This document shows positions 23,851 to 37,322 of a stretch of 64,000 nt of DNA, piece after piece. The DNA is taken from assembly GCA_030264375.1 (NCBI GenBank), contig JASCQW010000150.1, positions 22,019,192 through 22,083,191 of the forward strand, written 5' to 3'. The stretch is from Carcharhinus longimanus. Its lineage: Eukaryota. The position numbers and the translations under genes are program-made. Numbering within the stretch: position 1 is the first letter of the stretch; every line of letters begins with the position of its first letter. The notes beneath the pieces are model-generated. The model was given only the letters and a program-made list of their open reading frames with translations. It was not told the DNA's origin and did not search any database.

Positions 23851-26414
23851 AACATTGTGAAATAGACCCTCAGCTAAATTATATAATGCTCAAAATATGA
23901 ATGAAAGTTTAATTATGTTTTTGGAAAGCAGATATTTACTGAGAGCCATCAGTTAAATGGATGTCCTTGTTTCTCAATACAATCTTATCTATTCTCGGCA
24001 AGAACCTGAGGGGGAGAAGCACACAGGGAGCAGAACATGTAACAAGTATTAATGGAGCAGGGTGTAAAGCTCGAGCAATGGGAAATCACACCATAATGAG
24101 AGAAGTGTGTGGATAACAGAGCAGAGAGGGAGCAGGACTAAGACAAGAGGAGGCACATGGCTTAAGCAGAACTTGCTGCTGGCTAATGTTTATTCACTCA
24201 CTCTTGAATACATGCACCTTAGGATCTCACCCAAGTCACCCCATGTAGATCCCGGTTTGAGAACCACTATCTTCTGTTCGTATTTCTACCTTCATGTGGC
24301 TAATCATTCCCAGCATTCTGTGCTTTTGTGACCTGGAGTAAAATGGATTGGATGGGAGGGGTAAGGGACATCTGCAAGGCCAGGCCAAGTTACTGAATCA
24401 GGGTTAAAAAAAATGGGAACTCCTGGACGCTGAAATGCAGCAGGAACTCGAGCAATTCAAAGGCTGAAGAGAATTGATTTTTTTAGTCAGTTCTGGATTT
24501 CCAAAATGTTTTAGCACTCTACCAGTTTGCATTTAGAATGTCATGCGAGATTGCAACCACTAGCTTATCTTCTCCACCACCAACCCTTTACATCCTTTCC
24601 CATTTAATTAATGAGTGAAACTGCCCACTAGCTTTCTGCTGATAAAATTCAGCTTCGTAATAGCTTTTTGCTCTCCCTTTAGAGAGAAAATGAGTCAGGG
24701 AAAGCGAAAGAAAAAGCAATTCTACACTGCTGGGCATTTACCAGAATTCAGTGACAGTGATAGGGCCCTATTTAAAAAAAAAAATCGGTCTCCATAAATC
24801 TCACAGTAGAATTTTGAAGGCGCTAATTATTCCTTTGTGATTAGATTGATGCCGTTCTTCATTGTTAATCATTTATGGTATGGTTTATGCCTGAAGTGAC
24901 ACTTTGGGAACATGGTTGACTTGTGATTGTGCAAATTATTGAGAGGGATGTTTGATTTTGATAACTGTGGTTTCATCTTTTGACTTCCCAATGCACCTCA
25001 ACCTCGCTAAAGGTTTGTGAGATGCCCTGGATATACAAATTTCTGCTTGGAACTCTGGTTGCTCATTAAGGTTTGACTTAATACACATCTGAAGATCTGT
25101 TTTATAATATTTACACTTATGTCACTAGTGGGACACATCACTTTATGCTGGAAATATGTATTGAACTTTTTGAAAAGATAACTTTTCCTAGGCAAAGGAC
25201 ACTGGCTTACAGCAGCTGTATTTGGAATAGTCAGAGACTACCACAGGGCCAACAGTTTCACTTCATTTCTCTTAATTCTGAAATCTCTCAAAGCTGAACT
25301 GTTTGAGAGTTGAAAAACCCACCAGAAGACTTCATTGCTCCAAGCCAAGAGTTTGTAAAGGACAATTCTGATTCAACCAGCCATGACTGCAAACCAACTG
25401 CTTCACTGTGGAAAGCATTCGTTCAGTTGTAAGCAAACCTCTGGACAATCCATAAATTTACTTGTTACATGACCAAGTTTTAAAAATCTGATATTCTGCA
25501 AAGTTTTACTTTTTTCAGGCCTGGGGGACAATTTTTGTCTTGTTTCTATATTGCATTAATTGGACATATTTGTATATTTTAAACCTTTTGTTAACTTCTG
25601 CATCTTCACTGATGTGAATTTTAGCAATGAAACTAACTCTACTTGAGAGAGACTGGGTGACTTATTTCTTGCACCAAACTATCCACAGTTTAAAAATATA
25701 CTAAATTGGCAATATCATTCCCTTTTAAATTCAAACTCTATTATAAAGTGGGATAAAGAGAGGAGTCAGTTCACCCCTGCTAACTTGGTTGTAACAAAAA
25801 AACCCTTTTAAAAGTGAGGCAAATCACTTTCTTGCATTAATGCATTTATTTGTGCCTTTTTATTGCACTGATTATTTCCTTACTACTTGTTATTCATCTA
25901 ATCAAGATACTTTTGTCTAGGGTATGAGAAATACTTTTCTTGCATAAACTTAACCAAGATATCTCAGTTCTTGTGCAAATCCAATGCCATAATGGTACAG
26001 GCCTCAACACAGGGTGGGGCCAGATGGGCTATTTAAGATTTTCCAAATGCAATTCACTAAATTACATTTTGTAGACCTAAAATTCTGCTTATAGTCCATA
26101 TCTCCCAAAATTAAATTTCCATAATCTAGCTTTTACAGTACAAAGTTTGGCAAATATTATTGAACATGTGTTAAACATAATTAACATTTATTACAAAGTA
26201 TCTGCACATTTTTGGTATCTACAAAACTCTACCTTCATTCCAAAAGGCAACTGCTATAATATTTGCAATAGAAATTCTTACATATAAACTTCAATTGCTA
26301 AAAATGTAGCAATTCAGCTGTTACATTTTGAGACGTTCAGAGGATGTAGTTTTTAAATTTTCTATGCCATGAATGTTAAAAAAGTTAGAGCTTGGATGAT
26401 TCAATGTAACTCAC

Positions 26415-26507
26415 CTTTAACTGTGATTTTGTGCTCTCCAGTGCCTGGATGTGTGAAAAGCTCTACATGGATGGACACTTCTCCTACTGGATCATCCACG
26501 CCAGATC
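26415..26507 (-). CDS. UNC13A: UNC13A exon (start of C2C)
   Basis: cag| to AAAG|gtgagt. Translates [31 protein letters not shown]. Confidence 0.95.
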
Positions 26508-27296
26508 CTGTGAAGTAGCAGATTTCAAATTTTAAACACCACCTTAATGATGATGAGCAACTTTATACGTAACATTCAGTGCAAGACTCACTGTGTGCGA
26601 AGTGAGCCACCAATCCCCTCCCTCCCCCCGGAAAGGGCTTATTTTGATAACTGGGACAACCCAATGAGTCACATGCTTAAACTCATCCAATTGATGTACC
26701 TATCCCCTTCTCCCAGTGCAAGCAAAATATCAGCCATCATAAATGCCACTGGTTCTGCTCTGGTGAGTTTGATGCAATACAATTAACAGACACCAGCCTA
26801 CATTCGAATCTGCATGACAAACATTATTCAGTTTGTTGGGAGCCAAATTGCAATTAAAATACTTCAAAATTAGGCAATAAATGCAAGATGCGCTTAATGG
26901 TCAAAACCAGTAATTTGGTAGATCAATCATGCAAGAGCTTCTGCTTTTCAACAGATATAGTCAAACCTTGATTTTTTTGTTTCTCTCTCTCCTTACAAAC
27001 TGAATATATTATTTTCAGAGGCAATTCCATTTCAGGGTCTTGCAAAAACCTTTCCTTTTTACCCAAATTAAAAAAGTCCTCCATATAATTACAACTGTAA
27101 CAAGCAACCCACTACCCTGTGTTCGGTTTTTTTCTGTAGGAAGCTGCATGCTACAAAAACATGCACAAAGACTGCTCAATTTGGGTGTTTAGTACTAGAT
27201 TCTTGAAATCCCACTTCTTGGACATCAAGTGAACAGTTGTTTCAAACCCAGGCATTCTAATGCTGCCATTGACGGCAACATTATGCTCGAACGTAC

Positions 27297-27353
27297 CCTT
27301 TTCAGGATAAACCTCCTCGCTATGGGTAAACCTAATACCCTTCCCACCATGCA
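27297..27353 (-). CDS. UNC13A: UNC13A 57-nt frame-preserving cassette exon (MUN-C2C linker)
   Basis: Long polypyrimidine tract, ctcag| to AAGG|gtacgt, phase 1-1. Translates VHGGKGIRFTHSEEVYPEK, similar to the recalled rat Munc13-1 insert VHGGKGTRFTLSEDVCPEM. Confidence 0.85.
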
Positions 27354-27986
27354 CTGAGTTGTGAAATCAAAGCCAGACGGCAGGCGAAAATGAAAGGAAG
27401 AAGAAATTGAAGTGAGAATACGCATAGAAGACAGACACAGCAGTTAACCTACAAACATCTTTAGACAAATGAAGATCATCAGAAAACAGTCCAGACACTC
27501 ATGGTGTACTGCCATTTTCAGTCAAAGGTCTGTAAAGGTCAAATGACAATGTTGAGAACCATTTTGCATCTTTGTTGCTTTGTTTGAAATCAGTATTATT
27601 GGTTAGTTCATGTGGTGTTAGAGTTGATGTATTATTAATAGAATGTTGCAACCAAGCATTCTTCTAGTATTGCATTGTTATGGAAAATTATAGGACTCAA
27701 CAAATCGATCAATAGATCACCTGTTCTCCAATTTTATTCAACAGGTACTTCATCCAGAATCAAATTTAATTGTAATATGAAATTATTACAGAAATAAGAC
27801 TTAAAGTCATTCTGTCAGTTTTTACTTGGAGCAATTATTTTTCATTTGATCTCCTTAGCTGTGTATATTATATGTAACACAAAATTCATTGTAAAGCTCA
27901 GCTTTTAAACATTGTCATCCAACCTTTCAACACATTACAATTTAGGACAAAAATTTATATATTGTGCATTAAGACATTACGGTATG

Positions 27987-28086
27987 NNNNNNNNNNNNNN
28001 NNNNNNNNNNNNNNNNNNNNNNNNNNNNNNNNNNNNNNNNNNNNNNNNNNNNNNNNNNNNNNNNNNNNNNNNNNNNNNNNNNNNNN
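27987..28086. other. 100-N assembly gap of unknown true size within UNC13A
   Basis: Run of 100 N, located where the missing MUN exons are expected. Confidence 0.9.
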
Positions 28087-28089
28087 TAC

Positions 28090-29130
28090 CAAATATGTCT
28101 TCAAGAAATCCTAGAAAAACTGGAGTCAATGGGATCAGGGGGAAACTCTCCAGCAGCTGGAGACATACCTGGCACAAAGGGCGATGGTTGTGGTTGATGG
28201 AGTTCAATCATCTCAGTCCTAAGACATTACTACAAAAGGTTACTCAGTGTAGTGCCCTAGGCCCAACCATCTTAATTGTTTCATTCCTCCACCATAAGGT
28301 CAGAATGGGGATGGTCACTAATGGTTGAACAATGATGAGCACCATTCGTGACTCTTCAGATGCAGAGGCAATATGCAGAAATATCTGGATTACATTCAGG
28401 TACGGACAAATAAGTGACAAGTAACATTTATGCCACGCAAGTTTGAGGCAGTGACCGTCTCCAAGAGGAGACCATCCAACTATCTCCCCTTGACAATCAA
28501 TGGCATCATCATCCCTGAATTTCCCACTATCGATATCCTGGCGGTTACCAGTGACCATGAACTGAACTGGACCAACCATATAAATACTGTGGCTACAAGA
28601 ACATGTCAGAGGCTGAGAATTCTGCAGCAAGTAACTCACCTCCTGACTCCTCAAAGTCTGTCTTCAAAGCACCAGTGTGATGGAATGCTCCCCCCATGCC
28701 TGGATGAGTGCATCTCTGACAACACAAGAAGCTCAGCACTATCCAGGACCAAGCAACCTGCTTGATTGGACCTTATCCACCACCTTTAACATCCCCTCAC
28801 TGCACCATTGATGCACAGTGGCTGCAGTGTGTACCACTTATAAGGTGCACTGCAGCAACTCTCCTTCAACAAAACCTTCCAAACCCAGAAATTCTACCAC
28901 TTAAAAGCACCAGGGCAGCAGATGCATGAAAACACCACCACCTAGAAATTTTCCTTCAGCTCACAAACCATCCTGACTTGGAACTATATCGCCGTTCCTT
29001 CATTGTCACTGGATCAAAATCCTGCAACATCCTTTCAACAGCACTGTGGGCATACTTATACCACATGGACTGCAGTGGCTCTGTCTCAGCTCAGCTCAGG
29101 GTAAGTAGGGCTGGGGAATAAAAGTGCTGA
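28090..29130 (+). mobile_element. CR1-clade LINE 3' portion (RT C-terminus and 3' UTR)
   Basis: ggagtcaatgggatcaggggg..; ORF piece ELNWTNHINTVATRTCQRLRILQQVTHLLTPQSLS; ends ggggaataaaagtgctgacctt. Confidence 0.8.
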
Positions 29131-29134
29131 CCTT

Positions 29135-29572
29135 AGTCTAACCCTCCTGTCCTCCTGACTCCCCAACCTGAATAGCCCTCACCAACCCCACTATCCAACT
29201 TTCCCTCTCACCCCAACCTGACTGACTAGATCCAACCACCTGACTATCCCGACCTGATCCAACTCAACCATCCCAAACCACATACCACCCTAACCACATC
29301 ACCCCAATCCACCTGCCACCCTACTCACCTCTACATTACTGACCTGCCTACTGCCCCACTTCACCCACCTGCTACCTTGCCACCCTTCCCACATGCCACC
29401 CTACACTCTTACCTACTCACCCAACCCCTTACACACATCTCACCTGCCCTATCCCCTTAGCCACTTACTTTACCCATTCTATCCTCTACCAAACTTATCT
29501 CACTGGCTCTACCCCCTTATCCACTTCCTTCATCCACCCATCACCTTACCTTCTTCCCTTCTCTCCATAGCT
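29135..29572. repeat. C-rich low-complexity tract
   Basis: Degenerate caccc/taccc/acctgcc units, very G-poor on the + strand. Confidence 0.7.
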
Positions 29573-30667
29573 TTTTAAGGCAGTTTTGGGACATTTAAAA
29601 TCTTTACCTACCAGAATAAGGCAGCTGGTGCCCTAACAAGGGGGCATGGCTTCTACATGGATTCCCTTGATTGATGTTTCTGAATTCTCCTGTGTTGAGC
29701 CAGTTTGGAAGGGTCCCCCATTGGAAAATTGGATGGAAAAATTGGAGGAAGGTAAATGGGGTTCTGATCCTTATCAGAAGATTTGGGTTACTGTCATCCT
29801 CCTAGTATAGATGTAAGTGCAGTCTTGCACAGAACATATGTCTCAAACAATACAAGACAGACTGCATTGTATGCCTCTAAGATGGTCGATGGGTGCCAGT
29901 CTGTCTGTACAGTCGTAAATGATTTATGTTCTTGACTGGTTTAATATATCAAACCAGGACGAACATTTCTGAAAGTGTGAATGATATCCATTTTGTACTT
30001 AATTCACTTGGGAATAGACATTGTCAGAGAGACAGATTAACAAGCAAGGCATTGTAAGTTATTCACATTTCTACGTGTGCATGGATTTTCTGTTATCGCT
30101 AGGCAAATTAAATTAAATTTCTAGACCATGCTACTAGGAAAGTCAACTATTGTCAATATGAGATAATTTTGTTAATGTACATGCTTTCCTAAAGTGTCCT
30201 GTTATTTTAATGAATATGCCACAATACATTAATTTTAATTTCATCTAAGTGCAGTTGTAAATGCTATTTGTGTCACAGTGCATGTTCAAGCAGAGCTGGA
30301 AGGATTCACAGAATCTCAGGGTTGTTGAGGTGCAGCAGGGGTCCATTTGGCTCAACATGCCTGCAACAGCTCTCTGAATGAGCAACTCATCTAGTACCAT
30401 TCCCCCACCTTCTCCTCATAACCCTGCATTCTTCCTTTTCAGATAATAGCCCCATTTCCTTTTGAATGCTTATTGAACCTGCCTCCACCACACTCTCTGG
30501 CAGTGCATTCTCCTCCCCTCAGATCAAGTAAACACCATTACATTGTAAACAATGCATGTTGGGAGAAGGGAACAGTTAAACATCAAGGGGAAAATATATC
30601 AAATTATAAGCAACTTTGTAGACTCCTTGCAGTATTTACTACTCTGAAACACATAATGAATCAACTA

Positions 30668-30823
<156 letters not shown>

Positions 30824-31236
30824 CTAAGAAGAAAAAACAAAATAAGTCTGAAACGATTGCAAAATTGTAATACATTGTTCTGGTACTTTCTTAATACCTC
30901 CAACCGTGTAACACTAAATTTTTTTTTACATGAATAAGGAATATTACACAAAACTGAAATACTGTCTCAGCCGAATATCACTTCCTTGCCCTGCAATTGA
31001 AAAACAAACATATCTTCAACCATATGTGTTCTCCTTATATTTTTGATTGTGTGATCAAGAAATCATGAGGCACATTAATACCCCAGGAAATGGCAGTGCA
31101 TACAAATTTGAGGTGATTTCACTATCTTTCATTTAATGTTCCCTCCACCCAAATTTTCTTTAAGCTACATCCTGAGACTTAAGGAGATGGAATGTATAAA
31201 TCAAACGTATAAATGGAATGTATCAATGTTCACATT

Positions 31237-32014
31237 GGGGCTAGGATTCTCCCAAAGAAATTCTAAGTGCTGAATTCTTATAAAAACTGGAATAACTCAT
31301 GTTGGTTTTTGCAGCAGATTTTCAAAATGAAGCTCCAACACTAAGTGCCCTAGCATGAATCATCATGAAAAGCTGGGGCAGGACCAATTCTCGCTGGAGA
31401 GCGCAGCAGCATAGTGCTCAATGGGCCACTGCGCATGCGCCCATGTATCAGCGCCAAGATTGGTGCAGGTATAGTAGCCCACACTGCCAGTCTCACAATC
31501 ACTGACCAGTTCTGTGACCCTACATTGCTCGTCGTGAGACACTGCACCCCCCCCACCAGATCCCTCACTCAGGGAAGCTGAGTGGGGGACTGAGGGGAAA
31601 GGGAGGTGCTGAGTGGAGGTTTGAGTTGGATAAACCTCATGCCTGTGTTGGTGTAGGGTTAGAGGGGCGTGTGGGGGTGCAGATACCTCTCATTGCTAAG
31701 GGGCTGGTGTTGCTTCCCTGACTCTTGGGTTCTAACACGGCCGGTCCTCCTGAAGATCTGTACCAAAGGGGACAGTGGGTGAATTGTGAGAGCTATTTGA
31801 CTGAAGCTGCAAGCCCTCTAATGATACTGAAACGTGTGGTTTTGAATATGCCACTTGTTCCTGTTCGGTTTGGGTGGGAACTCAGTCAGGGCTGGCAGCC
31901 TGGCCTGGGAGGGTCACAGCGGGTATGACGCAAAACCCACTTTCCCATTGACTCCTGATCCTCCGGGTCATTGTGCTTCACGATCGGAGCTAGTGGGCCT
32001 GGAGAATCCCTCCC
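31237..32014. mobile_element. MITE / non-autonomous DNA transposon (Harbinger-like termini)
   Basis: Left end gggctaggattctcc and right end ggagaatccctccc form an imperfect terminal inverted repeat; GC-rich interior. Confidence 0.65.
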
Positions 32015-32180
32015 GTAATTAGACATCTTTACTGTATTTCAGTGGTTTGGTGTTTCTTAAAATGTATTAGGAATGTGAGAATTGGGAGGCAGTTAAGTGT
32101 CACTTGGGATTTCTCTACATGATGATGTTTTGCAGATTGTGATGTGCAATATTTACAGAGAAGCCTAAAGCAGACAACAG

Positions 32181-32278
32181 GCACAGTGGTTAGCACTGCT
32201 TAGGGAGCCGGGTTTGAATCCCGGCTTGGGTCACTGTGTGGAGTTTGCATGTTCTCCCTGTGTCTGCGTGGGTTTCCT
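32181..32278 (+). mobile_element. HE1-like SINE head, truncated by gap
   Basis: gcacagtggttagcactgct..gggtttgaatcccggcttgggtcactgtgtggagtttgcatgttctcc. Confidence 0.8.
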
Positions 32279-32378
32279 NNNNNNNNNNNNNNNNNNNNNN
32301 NNNNNNNNNNNNNNNNNNNNNNNNNNNNNNNNNNNNNNNNNNNNNNNNNNNNNNNNNNNNNNNNNNNNNNNNNNNNNN

Positions 32379-32995
32379 CCCGGGCCAACCCTGACACCTG
32401 CCCGCCTCCCACTCCTCCTGCACACAGCCTCCGCCCCCCACCCCCCCCACCACCACCACCACCACCCACCCAGCACTCCTGACAATGCCCACTCCAAAGG
32501 CCAGCGCTACCCACAGTTCGCCCTATCCCTGGCACTGATCCCAAGTGAGAGTGGCAGCCAAACCCCCCTTCCCCCAATCACCCCCAGAGGCCACATGCCC
32601 CTGTGTCCCTGCTCATGCCCCATGCGCAGTGCCATGGTGCCCCCTAGGCATTGCCACTTTGCTGCTTGGGCAACACCAGGGGCAGGCTGGCACACCCCCC
32701 TTACCCACAAACTCCTGGGGGAGGAGGGGGGTTTACATGACTCCCCCAACCCCACCCCCTTCACTCTAGTGGGAAGCTGTCGTGAACCCTGCTGTAGTGA
32801 AAAACTCCTGGCTGGGGTGGGGCAACTGCAGTCCGTTAATGATATTTAAATGCTAATTTTAATATTTTAATCAGCTCTGTGCCGATTTCGGACATGGAGC
32901 TGACCACGCCAGAAATCCAGTGGCCGGAGACGTGTGGAGGGCGTGCCGCACAGCAGAAAGCCTACATGGCCAGCAGGTTGGAAGAATCACCCCCT
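32379..32995. mobile_element. MITE-like GC-rich element (right part)
   Basis: C-rich interior ending gaagaatcaccccc, similar to the right end of 31237-32014. Confidence 0.55.
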
Positions 32996-33349
32996 GGACT
33001 TTTTAATCTGTAGATTCCACTAGCACAGTTCAATTTTGTAATCTCCAAATAAGACAGTACTTTGCATTGATATCTGTGGAGTCACTTGATTGCAAAATTG
33101 TGAAAAAACACATCTGAATTTAATATCCAAGCTGTCTAGGAATTTTGATAATAATGCATTTTTAACTTAAGTCATTGATTTCCTGTAGCATTATTCAAAG
33201 TCAGCGAGGGGGAATATAATTGGTCTTTCCTTGTTATCAGGCTTGAGACCTGCTTTATACCCATTCCAGTTCTGGGCTATGGTGAACAATCCATTGTCTT
33301 GAGTTCAGGGTTAGGAAGAAGAAAAATGCAGATGGATGCTGGTATTTCT

Positions 33350-33862
33350 TTTGGGAGTGCAAAAAAGGTTCACCAGACTGATTCCTGGGATGGTGGGATT
33401 GTCCTGTGAGGAGGGATTGAGAAAACTGGCCTGTCTTCTTTTCCTTAAGTGTTTAGAAGAATGAAAGATGATCTTATTAAAACATACACTTTTTTTTTAA
33501 AACAGGGCGCAACAGTGTAGAACCAGGAAGGATGTTTCTCCTGGCTGCGGCAGGAGGCAGTCTAGAACTAGGGGCAACAGAATAACAGGCAGGACATTGT
33601 GGAGATGAGGAGGAATTTCTTCACTCAGAGTGGTGAATCTTTGGAATTATCTGCCCCAGAGGAGCAGATAATTCCTCAGAGAGACTCAGGCATTGAGCAT
33701 GTTCAAGACTGAGACTAATAATTTTTTAGATAGGAGTTAGATCAAGAGATATGTGACAATGCGGGAAAATGGTGTTGAAGTAGAAAATATGGATCTGATT
33801 AAATGGTGGAGCAGGCTAAAGGCATTGAAGGGCCTAACCCTGCTCCTACTTCTTATGTTCAT
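33350..33862 (+). mobile_element. Degenerate CR1 LINE 3' end
   Basis: aaggttcaccagactgattcctgggatg..gagatgaggaggaatttcttcactcagag..tgctcctacttcttatgttc. Confidence 0.8.
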
Positions 33863-35242
33863 ATATTCCCAACATTACATACAAACATACAAAAATAACA
33901 CAACAAACGAACAACTGGTCCATCGGATCTATCCTATGCAACACAACATAGACATCTTACCCACCCAGAGTTATGTAATCTCCTGGGAATAGCAACAAAC
34001 CAGAAAAAAGCCAAAACTGATTAGGAAAGATTCTGCTCTGATCCTTTAGGTGATCAAAACCGGTCTCAAAAATCACATTGACCGTGATTAAGATTCAAAC
34101 AACTTATTTATGCAATAAGTCACTTCATGAATTGCCTCTTCTGCACTGTAGGGATTCTGTGATTAAATGCAACGGCTCTTATATTTTTTGGTTCTATACC
34201 AAGTAATCCATTGTTCTATTATACCCCTCACCAAAGATCATAACCAAAATTCAGCAGTAAAGGAATGACTAAAGCTACAGGATTTTCTGCTAAGTAAGTA
34301 TTCTAAAAATCAATACTTGCTTTGAGAATAAAGAGAAATAACAAAAAAAGGTGATCTAGTGGTCAAGTGAAATGGTCAAACTTCATTTCAAGAACTGTAC
34401 TGAGTTTTGGGCATCACACTTCAAGAAGGACATGCAAGGTAAATATATCCAGTGTCATTGTGTGTTTTATGTTCCTGAATAGCAAATTCTCACGTAAGTG
34501 TACAAAAATCCTGAACAGGTAGCCTGTTCAGCTTCCCTACATATTTGCTTTCATGTAGCTCACATGTAGCAAGTCTATTGCAATGATACTTTGCATCTTT
34601 CCAGATCAGGGGCTCTCTTCCTTTTCCTCCACCAAGTTCATATACAAACCAATATGATGCCCCTTCTGTGTTACAAAGCCACAAAGTGCAGTCAGGCACC
34701 TTAGTCAATCCATGGACAATATTATCACACAATTTCATATTTGGTATCAGCGACATGAGCAACTGAAAAAACTCAGGTCCTTTAACAATTGTAAGAATTA
34801 GTACACAATATGGTCTCTGATATATTGTTCACTGTTGTTTTATGTTATGTACAGAATATTGCATTATGTTTTGTAAAATCACATTCTAAAATTGCATGGT
34901 TCTGCTGGTTCACAGAAGATTTTGTAATATGTAAAAAAAGGTTTGACCTGAAATTGAGCAAAACATGTTTTTTGGTGAACTAGCACATTTTTCGTGTGTT
35001 TTTTTAAGCTGGTGTAAAAGATCGTGAAGATTTGATTAACACTGGACATGACCTGCAATTGAAATTCCTTGACCTTTTGTGTCAGTCTGGCTGATTTCAT
35101 GTGAATGGAAGGCAACCTAGCTGAACTCTTGATTGACATATTTTCACGTTGTGACTGTGTATTTTGCAGCTCAGGTATTTTTCTGTTACAAACCACGTGA
35201 CCTGGACAGTATTAAATGAGAATATCACATTTGTTAACCTAC

Positions 35243-35332
35243 CTTCATTCGAAAGAAGGTTATACTGGTTAAGAGATCAACTGTGGACTTCAAATCTTGT
35301 AGTCTTTCAGGACTGCTTGCTGGGAAATTGTT
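35243..35332 (-). CDS. UNC13A: UNC13A exon (MUN)
   Basis: cag| to AAG|gtaggt. Translates [30 protein letters not shown]. Confidence 0.95.
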
Positions 35333-35629
35333 CTGTTTAAAAGGAAGTATTTTATCCACAAATGAAAGCAACTCTTAAATAAACAACAACAAATCCATTC
35401 AAATGTTAACGACACTATAAAGCATAGAGCATGTTCTAATTGTGTAAAATCCAGAAGTTTAGCATTTCAGCTCTATACATCAACACCTTGTACCATGGGG
35501 CAAATTTAACGATCTCAAACATTTTTGTCACTCTGTTTGGTCTGCATTTCAGGGAGCTTAACTTTCAATAATATTTATTTTTGTATTAAACTTAATCATA
35601 CTTTAGAAATAATAGTAGGAGGGATTACT

Positions 35630-36180
35630 ATTTAAAGGGCAAAAAGCTGCAGCATGCTACGGTGCAGAGGGACCTGGGGGTNNNNNNNNNNNNNNNNNNN
35701 NNNNNNNNNNNNNNNNNNNNNNNNNNNNNNNNNNNNNNNNNNNNNNNNNNNNNNNNNNNNNNNNNNNNNNNNNNNNNNNNNCGACTTACAAGATAATGAA
35801 GGGGCTAGATAAGGTAGAGGTAGAGAGATTCTTCCCGCTTAGAAAGGATAGCAGAACCAGAGGGCACAGCCTCAAAATAAGGAGGGGTGGGTGCAGTTTA
35901 GAATGGAGTTGAGGAGGAACTTCTTCACTCAAAGGGTGGTGAATCTCTGGAATTCTCTGTCCCTTGAAGTGGTGGAGGCTACCTCGCTGAATATATTTAA
36001 GTCACGGGTAGCTAGGTTTCTGATAGACAAGGGAATTAAGGGTTATGGGGAGAAAGCGGGAAAGTGGAACTGATCCACTCCAGATCAGCCATGATCTTAT
36101 TGAATGGCGGGGCAGGCTCGAAGGACTAGATGGCCTACTCCTGCTCCTATTTCTCATGTCCTATTTCTTATGTTCTTATG
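35630..36180 (+). mobile_element. Younger CR1 LINE 3' end spanning a gap
   Basis: TYKIMKGLDKVEVERFFPL..SRTRGHSLKI..FRMELRRNFFTQRVVNLWNSL, followed by a (ttcttatg)n tail. Confidence 0.9.
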
Positions 36181-36615
36181 CTTTTTATTCCATCCTTCCC
36201 CACAACTTAAGTGAAACTCTCATGCTACTGAAGTTTTACATTGCAGATAGCATTATTTACAACTCATTACTATAAATCTTCAAGCAATAAATTAGATTTC
36301 CCTACTCTATCAGATTTTACATTTATACTAATAACATTAGAATTGTAGGGTGCAAAGTAAACTTGCTACAGCTATTGATTCATTTAATGCACTACAAGTC
36401 AGTTTACACAAAAACATATATAAATTTACAGTAACCTGTCTAGAAAGAAGAGGCTACATCACGCAGTGGCACTCTGCCTACTTATCAGGGCAAATAGAGA
36501 TGCAAAAAGCACCAATTTTCTGGTCCGGTGCCCAAGGGAATTTGAAATACGTTCAACTTCATATTATTTAAGGTAGGCATTAGATCCCTTGCAGATGGTA
36601 ATGAGAAACTGTTTT

Positions 36616-37322
36616 AGGGCCTACTTTGGTAGGGAGGGGGTGTTGATTTTCTGGGCCTGTCCATGGCGAGCGCAAATCCCATTCTGGTTGGAAACTCTTG
36701 CGAGAGGGCTATAATGGGATTTGCGCTGAGCAGACATCAGAATGAGATCTTCCCTGCCTGCTCCCACCCCACACCCCCTCACCACCACCACCGCTGGCAA
36801 CACAATCAATGTCCAGAGAGGGCTTGAACCTGATATGAATGAATTTAAATGAATTACAATCTAATTAAAAGGCAGAATGCTGTATATTCCGGGAACATCT
36901 GATGTTCCCATCTGCCAGCGTGACATAGTGCTTTGCAACAGTTGAGATGCCTATGCCAGGGGTGTGGAGGCCAACATAGCTCTTAAGTGGTCAGGACCCC
37001 TAGCATCCTGGCAATGACAACCTAGGGTGGGGCAAGACCAACAGGCAGACCCAAAGCAGGGTTTCCGTGGGTTGGGCAGAACTGTCTCTTCACTTTGAGA
37101 TTGGGACATCCTGTAACATTGGTGCCCCAATCTCTGTGGAGCCAGATGTGCCGGCATCATTAGACCCTGCCTCTCAGGTATCACAGTGCAAAACGCAGTC
37201 CCCCTCCTTTCTTTGTCAAAGCATTAGAGGATCTGGAGAGAAAACTTGCCTTTTCTCCGGGAAGAAATATGCTGGTTTTTAGTCAGAACCTGAACTTTCC
37301 TGTTATTTTGTAAAATTCCACC
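36616..37322. mobile_element. MITE-like GC-rich element
   Basis: GC-rich island in an AT-rich intron, ending gtaaaattccacc like related elements; boundaries approximate. Confidence 0.45.

Noticed and set aside
24600-24960. Cluster of homeobox-like motifs as an enhancer
   Set aside because: Only imperfect short matches in AT-rich sequence; unsupported without conservation data.
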